Source: Candidatus Jorgensenbacteria bacterium GWA1_54_12 (GTDB lineage: Bacteria; Patescibacteriota; Minisyncoccia; UBA6257; GWB1-50-10). Taken from it: a DNA stretch of 56,997 bases. Shown piece after piece: positions 36,724 through 47,928 of the stretch (its first letter is position 1; each line of letters begins with the position of its first letter). The notes below the pieces were generated by a model. That model searched no databases. It was not told the DNA's origin and saw only the letters and a program-made list of their open reading frames with translations. Where the stretch lies: the NCBI GenBank assembly GCA_001779505.1, contig MFKH01000006.1:1-56997 (forward strand). Direction: 5' to 3'. The position numbers were made by a program, and so were the translations under genes.

Positions 36724-37849
36724 ACGAAAAAAGGTTATCCTCGTCTGCGCGGGCGGCACCGGAGGGCATGTATATCCCGCGCTTGCCGTTGCCGAAGAAT
36801 TGCTTTCCATGTCCGGCGGAGACGCGAACGTTCGCTTCATTGGTCCGCGAACGCACCTTGCGGACGAATTTCACTATCGCGGCATCCGCACATACCGCAT
36901 TGCGGGAGCGAAATTCCGCCGGTACTTTTCCTTGTATAACTTTGTGGATATTCCCAAGCTCTTCTTCAGTTTCCTGCAGGCGCTCGTGAAGCTTTTCATC
37001 ATCATGCCAGACATCGTGTTTTCAAAAGGCGGTCCGGGGACGCTTCCGGTCGTTCTCGCCGCCCGGTTTTATCGCATTCCGGTCGTCATTCACGAAACGG
37101 ACTCCGTACCGAGCCTAAACACGCGCCTTGCCGCCCGTTTCGCCGCCCGCATCGGCGTTTCGTGGAAAAGCACCGCATCATACTTCCCAAAACAAAAAAC
37201 GTTCCTCTCGGGGAACCCGGTCCGCAAGGACCTTTTCCAAAATGTCCCGCCGCGCGCGGAGGCACGGAAACATTTCGGCTTCGAAGACCCGTCTGCCGGC
37301 GAGACAAGAGAGCCCGTTATCCTCATCCTCGGCGGATCGCAGGGCGCCGCGCCCATAAATAACTTTTTTGCAAATCATGCGAAGAAAATTCTCGCGAACT
37401 GCGCGCTCATACATCAGGCGGGAGAGGGGAATCTGGAGGAGGTTAAAAAAGAAACGCGCGGAGTTTCCGAAGAACGCTACCGTCTCTATGGAACCTTAAA
37501 GACCGAAGAGTTGAAGAACGCATACGCCGCCGCAGACATCATCGTCTCACGCGCCGGCGGAGCGCTCTTTGAAATCGCCGCATTCGGCAAGCCTGCAATT
37601 CTCATCCCGCTTCCCAATTCCGCGAACAACCATCAGTACATGAATGCATACGAATACGCCGGCTCCGAAAGAGGGGATATGCGGGCAATTGTCATAGAAG
37701 AACCGAATCTCACACTCGGCATTTTCTTGGCACAAGTTCAGAACATTCTTGACCCAGCCCGCTACCGTGCGATGGAAGATGCCGCCCGCGCCTTTGCTAA
37801 ACCTAACGCCGCCCGCCTCGTCGCCGAAGAAGTTCTGAAGCTTGCCTAA
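36716..37849 (+). CDS. murG: undecaprenyldiphospho-muramoylpentapeptide beta-N-acetylglucosaminyltransferase
   Basis: GGTGGHVYPALAVAEEL, HETDSVPSL, ILGGSQGA, SRAGGALFEIAAFGKPAILIP. Confidence 0.92.
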   Translation: MAKRKKVILVCAGGTGGHVYPALAVAEELLSMSGGDANVRFIGPRTHLADEFHYRGIRTYRIAGAKFRRYFSLYNFVDIPKLFFSFLQALVKLFIIMPDIVFSKGGPGTLPVVLAARFYRIPVVIHETDSVPSLNTRLAARFAARIGVSWKSTASYFPKQKTFLSGNPVRKDLFQNVPPRAEARKHFGFEDPSAGETREPVILILGGSQGAAPINNFFANHAKKILANCALIHQAGEGNLEEVKKETRGVSEERYRLYGTLKTEELKNAYAAADIIVSRAGGALFEIAAFGKPAILIPLPNSANNHQYMNAYEYAGSERGDMRAIVIEEPNLTLGIFLAQVQNILDPARYRAMEDAARAFAKPNAARLVAEEVLKLA

Positions 37850-37888
37850 TACAAGGTTTCGTAAACCTTGTATAAACCTTGTATTGGG
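37849..37888. repeat. palindromic repeat copy 2 with duplicated right arm
   Basis: ATACAAGGTTTCGTAAACCTTGTAT (37849-37873) followed by a second AAACCTTGTAT(TGGG). It begins within the murG stop codon. Confidence 0.8.
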
Positions 37889-37916
37889 CTTGAGATGAGA
37901 GGCATAATAAAAGGGT

Positions 37917-39332
37917 ATGGATTCTGCTCCCAAAACGCCTGTACGGACGCGTTTTGCGCCATCGCCCACGGGTCCCTTCTCGGTCGGCAACGCCCGCACG
38001 GCACTTTTTGCCTGGCTCTATGCACGCCGCAATGGGGGAACATTCCTCCTCCGCATAGAAGACACTGACATGGAACGTTCCAAGCCGGAATACGAAGAGC
38101 AAATCAGGGACTCGCTCGCATGGCTCGGCTTAAACTGGGATGAAACGCCGCTCCGCCAAAGCGAGCGGCGCGCCGTATACGAAAAATACATAAAGAAACT
38201 CCTGGAGGAGAAGAAGGCATATTTCTGTTTCTGCTCCGAAGAAGAACTTGAAGCCGACCGCACGGCGCAATTGAGCCAGGGGCTCGCACCGAAATACGGC
38301 GGGCGCTGCCGGTCGCTTACGGACGAAGAATCGGCGCGGCGGGCGGCTCTCGAGCCGCACGTCATACGGTTCCGAATGCCGCAGGGGAGCATTTCGTTTA
38401 CCGACCTCATACGGGGCGAGGTAACGTTTGAAGCTGACATCATTGGTGACTTTATCATTGCAAAAGACGAGCGAACGCCTCTCTACAACTTCGCCGTCGT
38501 TATAGACGACGAGGAATCTGCCGTGACGCATGTCGTTCGCGGCGAAGACCACCTTTCAAACACGCCGCGCCAGATTGCGCTCCAGAAAGCACTTGGGTTC
38601 GGAACGCCTGTTTACGCCCACCTGCCGCTCCTTTTGGACGCCGAGCGGCAAAAGCTCTCCAAGCGGCGTGCCCAAACATCGCTCCTCGCATACCGGCACG
38701 AAGGATATCTTGCAGACGCGATGTTCAATTTTCTTCTCCTTTTGGGCTGGCATCCGGAGGGGGATGAGATTGTGGGGCGCGATGAGGCCCTGAAACGTTT
38801 TGATTTGAGCCGCGTGCAAAAAGCGGGAGCCGTGTGGAGCGACGAGAAACTTTCCTGGATGAATGCACACTACATCCGCGCCATGGAAACCAGCGCACTC
38901 CTCACGGAACTTGCCTCCTTCGTGCCAAAAGCATGGCAGGAAAAGAAAGAGCTTCTCGCCAAAGCAGTGGGAATAGAGAAGGAGCGGATGAAAACTCTTG
39001 CTGATTTCGCATCGCGCGCGGGATTTTTCTTTGAACTTCCCGACTATCCGCCGGATATGCTCTTTTGGGACGAAAAGCCGGACGAGTCAAAAGAAAACAT
39101 CCGCGCGCTCCACGCGGCACTGGAAGAGACGCTGACGTTCACGCCCGAGTTCCTGACCGCAACGCTTGAGGCGCGCGCTAAAGAAACAGGCAAGGGTGCG
39201 GCATACTGGCCGTTTCGCGTCGCCCTGTCGGGAGAACAGTCGTCTCCGGGCGGCATTGAAATCGCGCTCGCTCTGGGAAGGGAAGAAACTTTGCGCCGCC
39301 TGGAAATTGCAATTGAGAAAGTGGAGGCATGA
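37917..39332 (+). CDS. gltX: glutamyl-tRNA synthetase (degenerate HIGH motif)
   Basis: RTRFAPSPTGPFSVGNARTALF, where canonical GluRS has ..LH(I/V)GG.., VIDD, VRGEDHLSNTPRQ, and KLSKR (KMSKS). Confidence 0.88.
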   Translation: MDSAPKTPVRTRFAPSPTGPFSVGNARTALFAWLYARRNGGTFLLRIEDTDMERSKPEYEEQIRDSLAWLGLNWDETPLRQSERRAVYEKYIKKLLEEKKAYFCFCSEEELEADRTAQLSQGLAPKYGGRCRSLTDEESARRAALEPHVIRFRMPQGSISFTDLIRGEVTFEADIIGDFIIAKDERTPLYNFAVVIDDEESAVTHVVRGEDHLSNTPRQIALQKALGFGTPVYAHLPLLLDAERQKLSKRRAQTSLLAYRHEGYLADAMFNFLLLLGWHPEGDEIVGRDEALKRFDLSRVQKAGAVWSDEKLSWMNAHYIRAMETSALLTELASFVPKAWQEKKELLAKAVGIEKERMKTLADFASRAGFFFELPDYPPDMLFWDEKPDESKENIRALHAALEETLTFTPEFLTATLEARAKETGKGAAYWPFRVALSGEQSSPGGIEIALALGREETLRRLEIAIEKVEA

Positions 39333-40660
39333 AGCATATCTCCTATATGCTACCGTTCTTTATTTTGTGCGTTGCCCTGCCGCAGCTTGTCTTTGCCGCA
39401 CCGGATGTGCCCGATGACCCTACTGCGCTCCGCGCGCTCATCAGCGAAAAGCAAACGGAACTCCTGGAACTGCAAAAGCAGCGCGAAGAGCTGGAGCAAA
39501 AACTTGCGGCAACCGGTGAAGAAAAGCTTTCGCTCAAGAAAGAGCTCCAAAACATAAACTACCGGGTGAACCAGCTCGAGCTTTCCGTTGAACGAAACAC
39601 GCTCCTTATTGAAAAACTGGGATACGAAATTTCTTCTCTGGAGATGGATATTAAGCGGGCAGGGGAGGATATCCGCAATGCAAAAGGCTCCGTCGCGCTT
39701 CTTCTCGCGGAACTCCAGCGCGCCGACCATGACACGCCGCTCACGATCCTCCTGAAGCATGCATCGCTTTCAAAGAGCGCTTCTGTTATGCAATCCATTG
39801 CGACCGTGACGAACCGCCTCACGCTTGAGGCGCAAAGCCTGGCGACTTTGCAGGCAACACTCGTCAAAAACCAAAGTGAAGTTACCGGAAAGAAACAAGA
39901 GAAACAGGCGGAGCAGAGAACGCTCTTGAATCAGCAATCGCTCGTTGAAGAAACAAAGAACGAGAAAGAATATCTTCTCAAAGAAACCGAAAACAAGGAG
40001 AAAGTGTATGAGACGCACATAGCCGAACTTGAAAAGGCCCAGAGTGAGATAAGTGATGTCATGACGGCAATTGAAGACCGCCTGCGCGCGACAATTGATG
40101 CATCGCTCCTCCCGACGCCGCGCCCGGGCGTGTTTGCCTTTGCCGTGAAAGATTCATGCATCACGCAGGAATACGGACGCACCGACTTTGCCGCGCAGGC
40201 ATACAAAACCAAATTCCACGGCGGGCTCGATTTCCGCGCGCGGGAAGGGGAGCCGATATACGCCGCCCTTGACGGCACGGTTGCGGTTGTAGACAACAAT
40301 GACCGCGGCGTAGCGCGCTGGAACAAATATCAATACGGAAAATACGTTATAATAGAACACGACAACAACCTAAGCACGCTCTACGCGCATCTCTCGCGCC
40401 AAGCAGTAGGAGAAGGTCAGGAAGTAAAAACAGGCGACCTTGTGGGCTATGCAGGAAATACCGGCTATTCATTCGGCGCTCATCTTCACTTCGGCGTGTA
40501 CCTCACGCCGGTTCGCGGCTGGCAAGAACGAAACGGGGACAATAACGCGCGCGAGCACGGCGGCCTCATCGCCATACCGCCAGCCGCAGGGCTCGTACCG
40601 GTCGGCGCGACACTTGACCCCGCTCAATATTTATATCCTTCACCATCGTGCCCATCATGA
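39329..40660 (+). CDS. M23 family metallopeptidase with N-terminal coiled coil (EnvC-like)
   Basis: Signal/anchor, long coiled coil, HGGLDFRA, YAHLS, GNTGYSFGAHLHFGVY. Confidence 0.88.
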   Translation: MKHISYMLPFFILCVALPQLVFAAPDVPDDPTALRALISEKQTELLELQKQREELEQKLAATGEEKLSLKKELQNINYRVNQLELSVERNTLLIEKLGYEISSLEMDIKRAGEDIRNAKGSVALLLAELQRADHDTPLTILLKHASLSKSASVMQSIATVTNRLTLEAQSLATLQATLVKNQSEVTGKKQEKQAEQRTLLNQQSLVEETKNEKEYLLKETENKEKVYETHIAELEKAQSEISDVMTAIEDRLRATIDASLLPTPRPGVFAFAVKDSCITQEYGRTDFAAQAYKTKFHGGLDFRAREGEPIYAALDGTVAVVDNNDRGVARWNKYQYGKYVIIEHDNNLSTLYAHLSRQAVGEGQEVKTGDLVGYAGNTGYSFGAHLHFGVYLTPVRGWQERNGDNNAREHGGLIAIPPAAGLVPVGATLDPAQYLYPSPSCPS

Positions 40661-40797
40661 TTGAAGACATTATTCAGCGCATATCGGGCGTCCTCAACGT
40701 AACGGTCGGGGAAGCGCTTCGCGCGTTCTGGCGCTTGCTTATCATCGTTTGGAACGCCGTCGTTGAACTTGTGAAAAACATCGCCGGAAAACTGTAA
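40657..40797 (+). CDS. 46-aa hydrophobic peptide, translationally coupled to the M23 peptidase gene
   Basis: Its ATG overlaps the upstream TGA (ATGA). Sequence MIEDIIQRISGVLNVTVGEALRAFWRLLIIVWNAVVELVKNIAGKL. Below the ORF-track cutoff, with a hairpin at 40809-40827 downstream. Confidence 0.4.
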   Translation: MIEDIIQRISGVLNVTVGEALRAFWRLLIIVWNAVVELVKNIAGKL

Positions 40798-40853
40798 GGG
40801 GAGCGCGAAGGCAGGCATGGCCTGCCTGTCGTATAATATATGTTTTGTGACAT

Positions 40854-41627
40854 ATGAGGGACGAATATAAGAACCTTGATGACTTCAAGGAAAAATCCGG
40901 CTATGACATAGACGGCGTGTGGTTTCCCCGCGTCACGAAAATCGTAAGCATCAAGGCAAAGCCGGCTCTTAACTTCTTCTACGCAAGTCTTAAGAATTAT
41001 GCCGAAGGAGAACGTATTAAAAAAATCTCCGCGGAAGAGGGAACACACATACATGAAACCGTGCAGAGCATCTTAACAGGCGGCTCCCCCGCCGTAGACG
41101 AAAATATGGCGCCCTCCATTAAAGCGTTCATGGAATTTGCCGAACGCACACCGATTGAGGTTGACCCGGACTATATTGAGCGCCGCATTGCAAACCTTGA
41201 CGAGCGTTTCGCCGGCACGATTGACGCACTGGCTTTAATCGACGGCAAGCTCGGCATTTTGGACATTAAAACTTCTCAAGCCATTTATCGCGACTATAAT
41301 CTCCAGACCTCCGCATATCTCGCAACACTGAAGAAAGATGTAAAGGAATTGCAAACCCGCTGGATACTCCGCATTGACCAAGCGCAGGTGTGCACGACAT
41401 GCGGCGCGCTCTTGAGAAACAAAGGCGGCCGAACAAAGGTAAAAATTGACTGGGCGAACGCCTTCATGCGCACATGCATGCATTCCTGGTCACCGCTCCC
41501 TATAGGCGAAGTTGAACTGAAAGAGTTTCCGCTCTGGGAAGATGACTTCCGCGCATTCCTTGGCGCGAAAACATTATGGGAATGGGAAAACGAAACCTGG
41601 CTCAAAGCCGCCGGATATCTGCAATAA
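40854..41627 (+). CDS. PD-(D/E)XK (RecB/Cas4-like) nuclease-family protein with an inserted Cys-rich segment
   Basis: GTHIHE, FAGTIDALALIDGKLGILDIKTS (D...D-x-K) and QTSAY (QxxxY) fit the RecB-family nuclease core. CTTCG...TCMH forms an insertion. TATAAT at 40832-40837. Confidence 0.6.
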   Translation: MRDEYKNLDDFKEKSGYDIDGVWFPRVTKIVSIKAKPALNFFYASLKNYAEGERIKKISAEEGTHIHETVQSILTGGSPAVDENMAPSIKAFMEFAERTPIEVDPDYIERRIANLDERFAGTIDALALIDGKLGILDIKTSQAIYRDYNLQTSAYLATLKKDVKELQTRWILRIDQAQVCTTCGALLRNKGGRTKVKIDWANAFMRTCMHSWSPLPIGEVELKEFPLWEDDFRAFLGAKTLWEWENETWLKAAGYLQ

Positions 41628-41630
41628 CAA

Positions 41631-41662
41631 AAATCCCTCCGTCAATTGACGGAGGGATTTTT
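41631..41662. terminator. bidirectional terminator
   Basis: AAATCCCTCCGTCAA/TTGACGGAGGGATTT perfect palindrome flanked by A and T runs, between the nuclease gene (+) and rnpB (-). Confidence 0.7.
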
Positions 41663-41663
41663 A

Positions 41664-41983
41664 CAGTACCGGTCCCGCCGTAGCGGGATCCCGCTGTAGC
41701 GGGATAAGCCATAGGCCAGATTCTGTTTATGCGGCGATTCATCTATGCGGCACTGTCGCCTAAGGCGACCACGACCTTGCACCCGGGTAAGGATTTAGCC
41801 GTTTCACCCTCCGCCAAAGAGGCGGAGACTCGTCTCTGTTCGCACCTCTCTCTTACGAGGGCGAGCTTTCACTCGCTACCCTTTTAACCAGCGCTTTCCT
41901 CTCGAGGGGGAAAAAGTTGGTTGGTGTCCGGACCTTCCTCTCCGACTATAACGTCGGAGCCACCGCTTGTCCTACCGGTACTG
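41664..41983 (-). ncRNA. rnpB: RNase P RNA (bacterial type A-like, compact ~320 nt)
   Basis: The minus strand reads GGAGAGGAAGGTCCGGACACC (P4 5-prime strand, compare GAGGAAAGUCCGGGC) at 41923-41943 and ACAGAATCTGGCCTATGG (compare ACAGAACCCGGCUUAU) at 41709-41726. P1 forms between CAGTACCGGT at both ends. Confidence 0.85.
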
Positions 41984-42001
41984 GCGATAAGTATGCCGTA
42001 A

Positions 42002-42466
42002 TTACAGCAATTTGTCAATTCGCTGGGGAACTTGCCTCCGCCGGGAACTTGTTCTTCCCGAATCAAGCGCGCGGTTTACCAGCCTGTCAGCACTGCCGTT
42101 TTCTTCGCGCCGCACATGGACAAAGCGCACGCTCTTAAAGTCCTGTGTTAGATTCCACAACTCAATAAAATATTCCTTCAAACCGTCGTTCTTTATTTTA
42201 AACTCACGATTCATATGCCGCACCACAAGGTCACTGTCGGCGCGCACTTCAACAGTGCATTCCCCTGCCCCCTTTTTTCCAAGAAGAAGTTTCACCTTCT
42301 TCAGAGCGTACAGAACCGCCCGATATTCGGCGACGTTGTTTGTCGCCACGCCAATCGCCTCACCGTACTCTCGCCGCTTTCCGTTATACTCCACGACAAC
42401 CCCCATCGCCGCAGGACCCGGATTCCCGCGCGACCCCCCGTCGGTGTAAACGATAACGTCGCTCAT
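42002..42466 (-). CDS. rnhA: ribonuclease HI
   Basis: VIVYTDGGSRGNPGPAAMGVV, NNVAEYRAVLYAL, and a C-terminal ENGSADRLVN (...N..AD.LA) motif. Confidence 0.9.
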   Translation of the reverse strand: MSDVIVYTDGGSRGNPGPAAMGVVVEYNGKRREYGEAIGVATNNVAEYRAVLYALKKVKLLLGKKGAGECTVEVRADSDLVVRHMNREFKIKNDGLKEYFIELWNLTQDFKSVRFVHVRREENGSADRLVNRALDSGRTSSRRRQVPQRIDKLL

Positions 42467-43407
42467 ATGTCTCCTCTTATATTACCACTAAAACCGGCGG
42501 GCGGCCGCTCCAGATACCTCCACGGCAAGGGCTTATACAGATCCACCTTAAACGCCGCCGCGGCGCGATGTCCCCCGCCGCCGTATTTTTGTGCAATGTC
42601 CGACACATCCACGCTCCCGTCGGAGCGCAGAGACACCCGCACGCCGTCGCGCCGCTCGTACCACGTAAGAGACATTGGCGGATGTTCGCTGTAAAGCGCG
42701 TGCCCAATCTCGGAAGATAAAATGCATGTGTTCGCCGAAAGCATTTCACGCCCTTCAAAAGAGATGAAGTCGGCCCTGCGCACAATTCCTCGCACGATGC
42801 TTTCCTTATAGCGGAGCGCCACCGCACCTTCTGCAATTGCACGGGAACGCTCCTCGGGGTCTTCAAATCGCGCGGCGAACCAGTCAAAGGAAGTAAAGTC
42901 CCTGCTTTCTTCAAAGCCTTGCGTGGCAAGAAATGTGGCAACCTCTTCCGTGTGAGGCAGTTTCCACTTCCATAAATCCTGGTCCTCAACATATTTCAGA
43001 ACTTCGGGAACCTGATCCGCGGAATGAAAATAGTGCCATGCAAGTACCGACCCAGAATGCGTGGAATCAAGGACACTCTTTGGAGAAACCGCAGGCATAA
43101 CATTTTCCGTCGTCTTATGATGGTCAATCACAATAACATCGCGGTTTGTGCGGACAAGCTCATCCATAACCTCTTTGCGGTATGAAAAATCAACGAAGTA
43201 TATTTCCTTTCCTTGAAATTCCCGCACGTCGGGGAGCGCCTGATGCGTGGCGGGGATATATTCCGCCCTATCCCCCAGCGCCTTCCATGCCGCCCATGCG
43301 CCGGCAAACCCATCTAGGCAGTTACGGTGGTATATAACAACAATGTCTTTTCCGCCGGAGGCGGACCCTCCTCCGGAGGGCATACTAACGTTCTTCCTTA
43401 ATTTCAT
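42463..43407 (-). CDS. DHH/DHHA1-family phosphoesterase
   Basis: YHRNCLDGFAGAWAAW N-terminus, VIVIDHHKT (DHH motif), GGGGHRAAAAF (DHHA1). Confidence 0.8.
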   Translation of the reverse strand: MKLRKNVSMPSGGGSASGGKDIVVIYHRNCLDGFAGAWAAWKALGDRAEYIPATHQALPDVREFQGKEIYFVDFSYRKEVMDELVRTNRDVIVIDHHKTTENVMPAVSPKSVLDSTHSGSVLAWHYFHSADQVPEVLKYVEDQDLWKWKLPHTEEVATFLATQGFEESRDFTSFDWFAARFEDPEERSRAIAEGAVALRYKESIVRGIVRRADFISFEGREMLSANTCILSSEIGHALYSEHPPMSLTWYERRDGVRVSLRSDGSVDVSDIAQKYGGGGHRAAAAFKVDLYKPLPWRYLERPPAGFSGNIRGDI

Positions 43408-44393
43408 GGATTACTCCACCCCAGCGCCATAAGTCCCGGCATTTCTTCTCCGGCAAGATAGGCAAGCATCGCTCCCCCACCCGTGGAGAGAAAAACATGG
43501 GGTGGTAACTGGTAATCGGCAACTGGTAACCGGGAACTGTGAGCAAGTAGTTTCAGTGACTCCGCTGTCTCTCCGCCGCCAACAATCGCACGGCTCGCCG
43601 TGTTCGCGATAATCGCTTCCCACACGGCGCGCGTTCCCGCCTCAAACCCTTCTCGTTCGGAAAGCCCCATGGGACCGCTCCACACGATGGTGCGTGCGCG
43701 CGCAATCACATTTCTGTAGCGCTCCTGCGTCAGCGCTCCGATATCAAGCCTTCTTCCTTCCTCGTCCGTTATGAAATCTTCCGGCGTGGAAGCGGTACTC
43801 CCCAAAAGAACTGTGTCAGCCTGGCGCACAATCTTTTCCGCGGTGAGAATCTTGTCGGAAATTTTCGCCCCGCCCAAGACAAGCACAAAGGGACGTGCCA
43901 AGTCGTGCATCACCGTGCCGAGGTGCGTAAGCTCTTCCTCAAGCCGCAGTCCCCCGAAGGAAGGCAGATATCCCGTTATATGCGTTATTGAGGCATTCTT
44001 CCGATGGCACAGTGGGAAGGCCTCATTGACGTAAAAGTCGGCTCTGGAAGCCAATTTTAGGGCAAAATCAGGGTCATTTCCCTCCTCTCCCGCCTCAAAG
44101 CGAAGATTTTCAAGAAGGGAAATCCCACTCTCTTCTCCCATGAATGAAACCTCTTCGCCCAACTCCTGCGAGAGAAGCGGCACGAGGGGTGCCAGGGTCG
44201 GCGGTTCTTTGCCGAAACGCCCCCGGTGACTTGCGATAATCACCCCGACACCGTGGGCACGAAGAAGTTTCACCGTCGGAAGAATCGCCCGCAGGCGATA
44301 ACCCGGCGCCTCTGCATTCAGATCAACGCGCACCAAACACCGCTTCCCGCCGAATGCGGAAATGTTCTCGGGCGCGAGAAATGTAATTGCCAT
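43404..44393 (-). CDS. pgk: phosphoglycerate kinase (short, 329 aa)
   Basis: RVDLNA, SHRGR, NEAFPLCHRKNAS, GGAKISDK, WSGPMGLSE, GGGETA, STGGGAMLAYL. Confidence 0.85.
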   Translation of the reverse strand: MAITFLAPENISAFGGKRCLVRVDLNAEAPGYRLRAILPTVKLLRAHGVGVIIASHRGRFGKEPPTLAPLVPLLSQELGEEVSFMGEESGISLLENLRFEAGEEGNDPDFALKLASRADFYVNEAFPLCHRKNASITHITGYLPSFGGLRLEEELTHLGTVMHDLARPFVLVLGGAKISDKILTAEKIVRQADTVLLGSTASTPEDFITDEEGRRLDIGALTQERYRNVIARARTIVWSGPMGLSEREGFEAGTRAVWEAIIANTASRAIVGGGETAESLKLLAHSSRLPVADYQLPPHVFLSTGGGAMLAYLAGEEMPGLMALGWSNP

Positions 44394-44434
44394 TGCCCTA
44401 TCATATCACGCCCCACAGCGTTCCTCACCATTGA

Positions 44435-44548
44435 ATTCCCGGCGGAGTCTACTGTCCCACCTTGCGGCAGTATCATCGACGAAGCGCACTTTCACTTCCG
44501 AGTTCGGAATGGGATCGGGTGGTACATACGCCCCTGAACCACCAGGAA
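44435..44548 (-). rRNA. rrf: 5S rRNA
   Basis: The minus strand reads CCTGGTGG...CCCGATCCCATTCCGAACTCGGAAGTGAAA...GGGACAGTAGACTCCGCCGGGAA, with helix I closing the two ends. Boundaries are good to a few nt. Confidence 0.88.
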
Positions 44549-44611
44549 ATCAATACTGACGAACGCACACATCAAGGATGTTCTTACGAGGCAGAAGCTC
44601 TTGAAAGAAAT

Positions 44612-47660
<3,049 letters not shown>

Positions 47661-47858
47661 CTTTTCACTAGCTTCTACCTCGAAAAAACACCCTTGAATT
47701 TCTATTCATTTTTCAACGTGCGCTCCCTACCAAAGCGGAGCACAGGCTCATAAGACAGAAAATCCCGCCGAGGGCGGGGTTGCTACACGACGACCGTGTC
47801 GCGCCTTTCTATGGCGTCCCGCCGCGAAGATTTATTGCCTTACTATCCATGTGACTTC

Positions 47859-47888
47859 AGTATAGGTGAAACCCGCTCGGCAAGTCAA
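47859..47888 (-). promoter_or_regulatory. sigma-70-like promoter for 23S-5S
   Basis: The minus strand reads TTGACT, 18-nt spacer, TATACT, about 190 nt upstream of the 23S 5-prime end and just downstream of the map terminator hairpin. Confidence 0.55.
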
Positions 47889-47891
47889 GAA

Positions 47892-47928
47892 CCCCTTATA
47901 CAAGGTTTACGAAACCTTGTATAAGGGG
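47892..47928. repeat. palindromic repeat copy 3 (longest, inverted relative to copies 1 and 2); likely map terminator
   Basis: CCCCTTATACAAGGTTT-ACG-AAACCTTGTATAAGGGG, a 17-bp perfect stem. The map stop codon lies in the loop. Confidence 0.8.
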
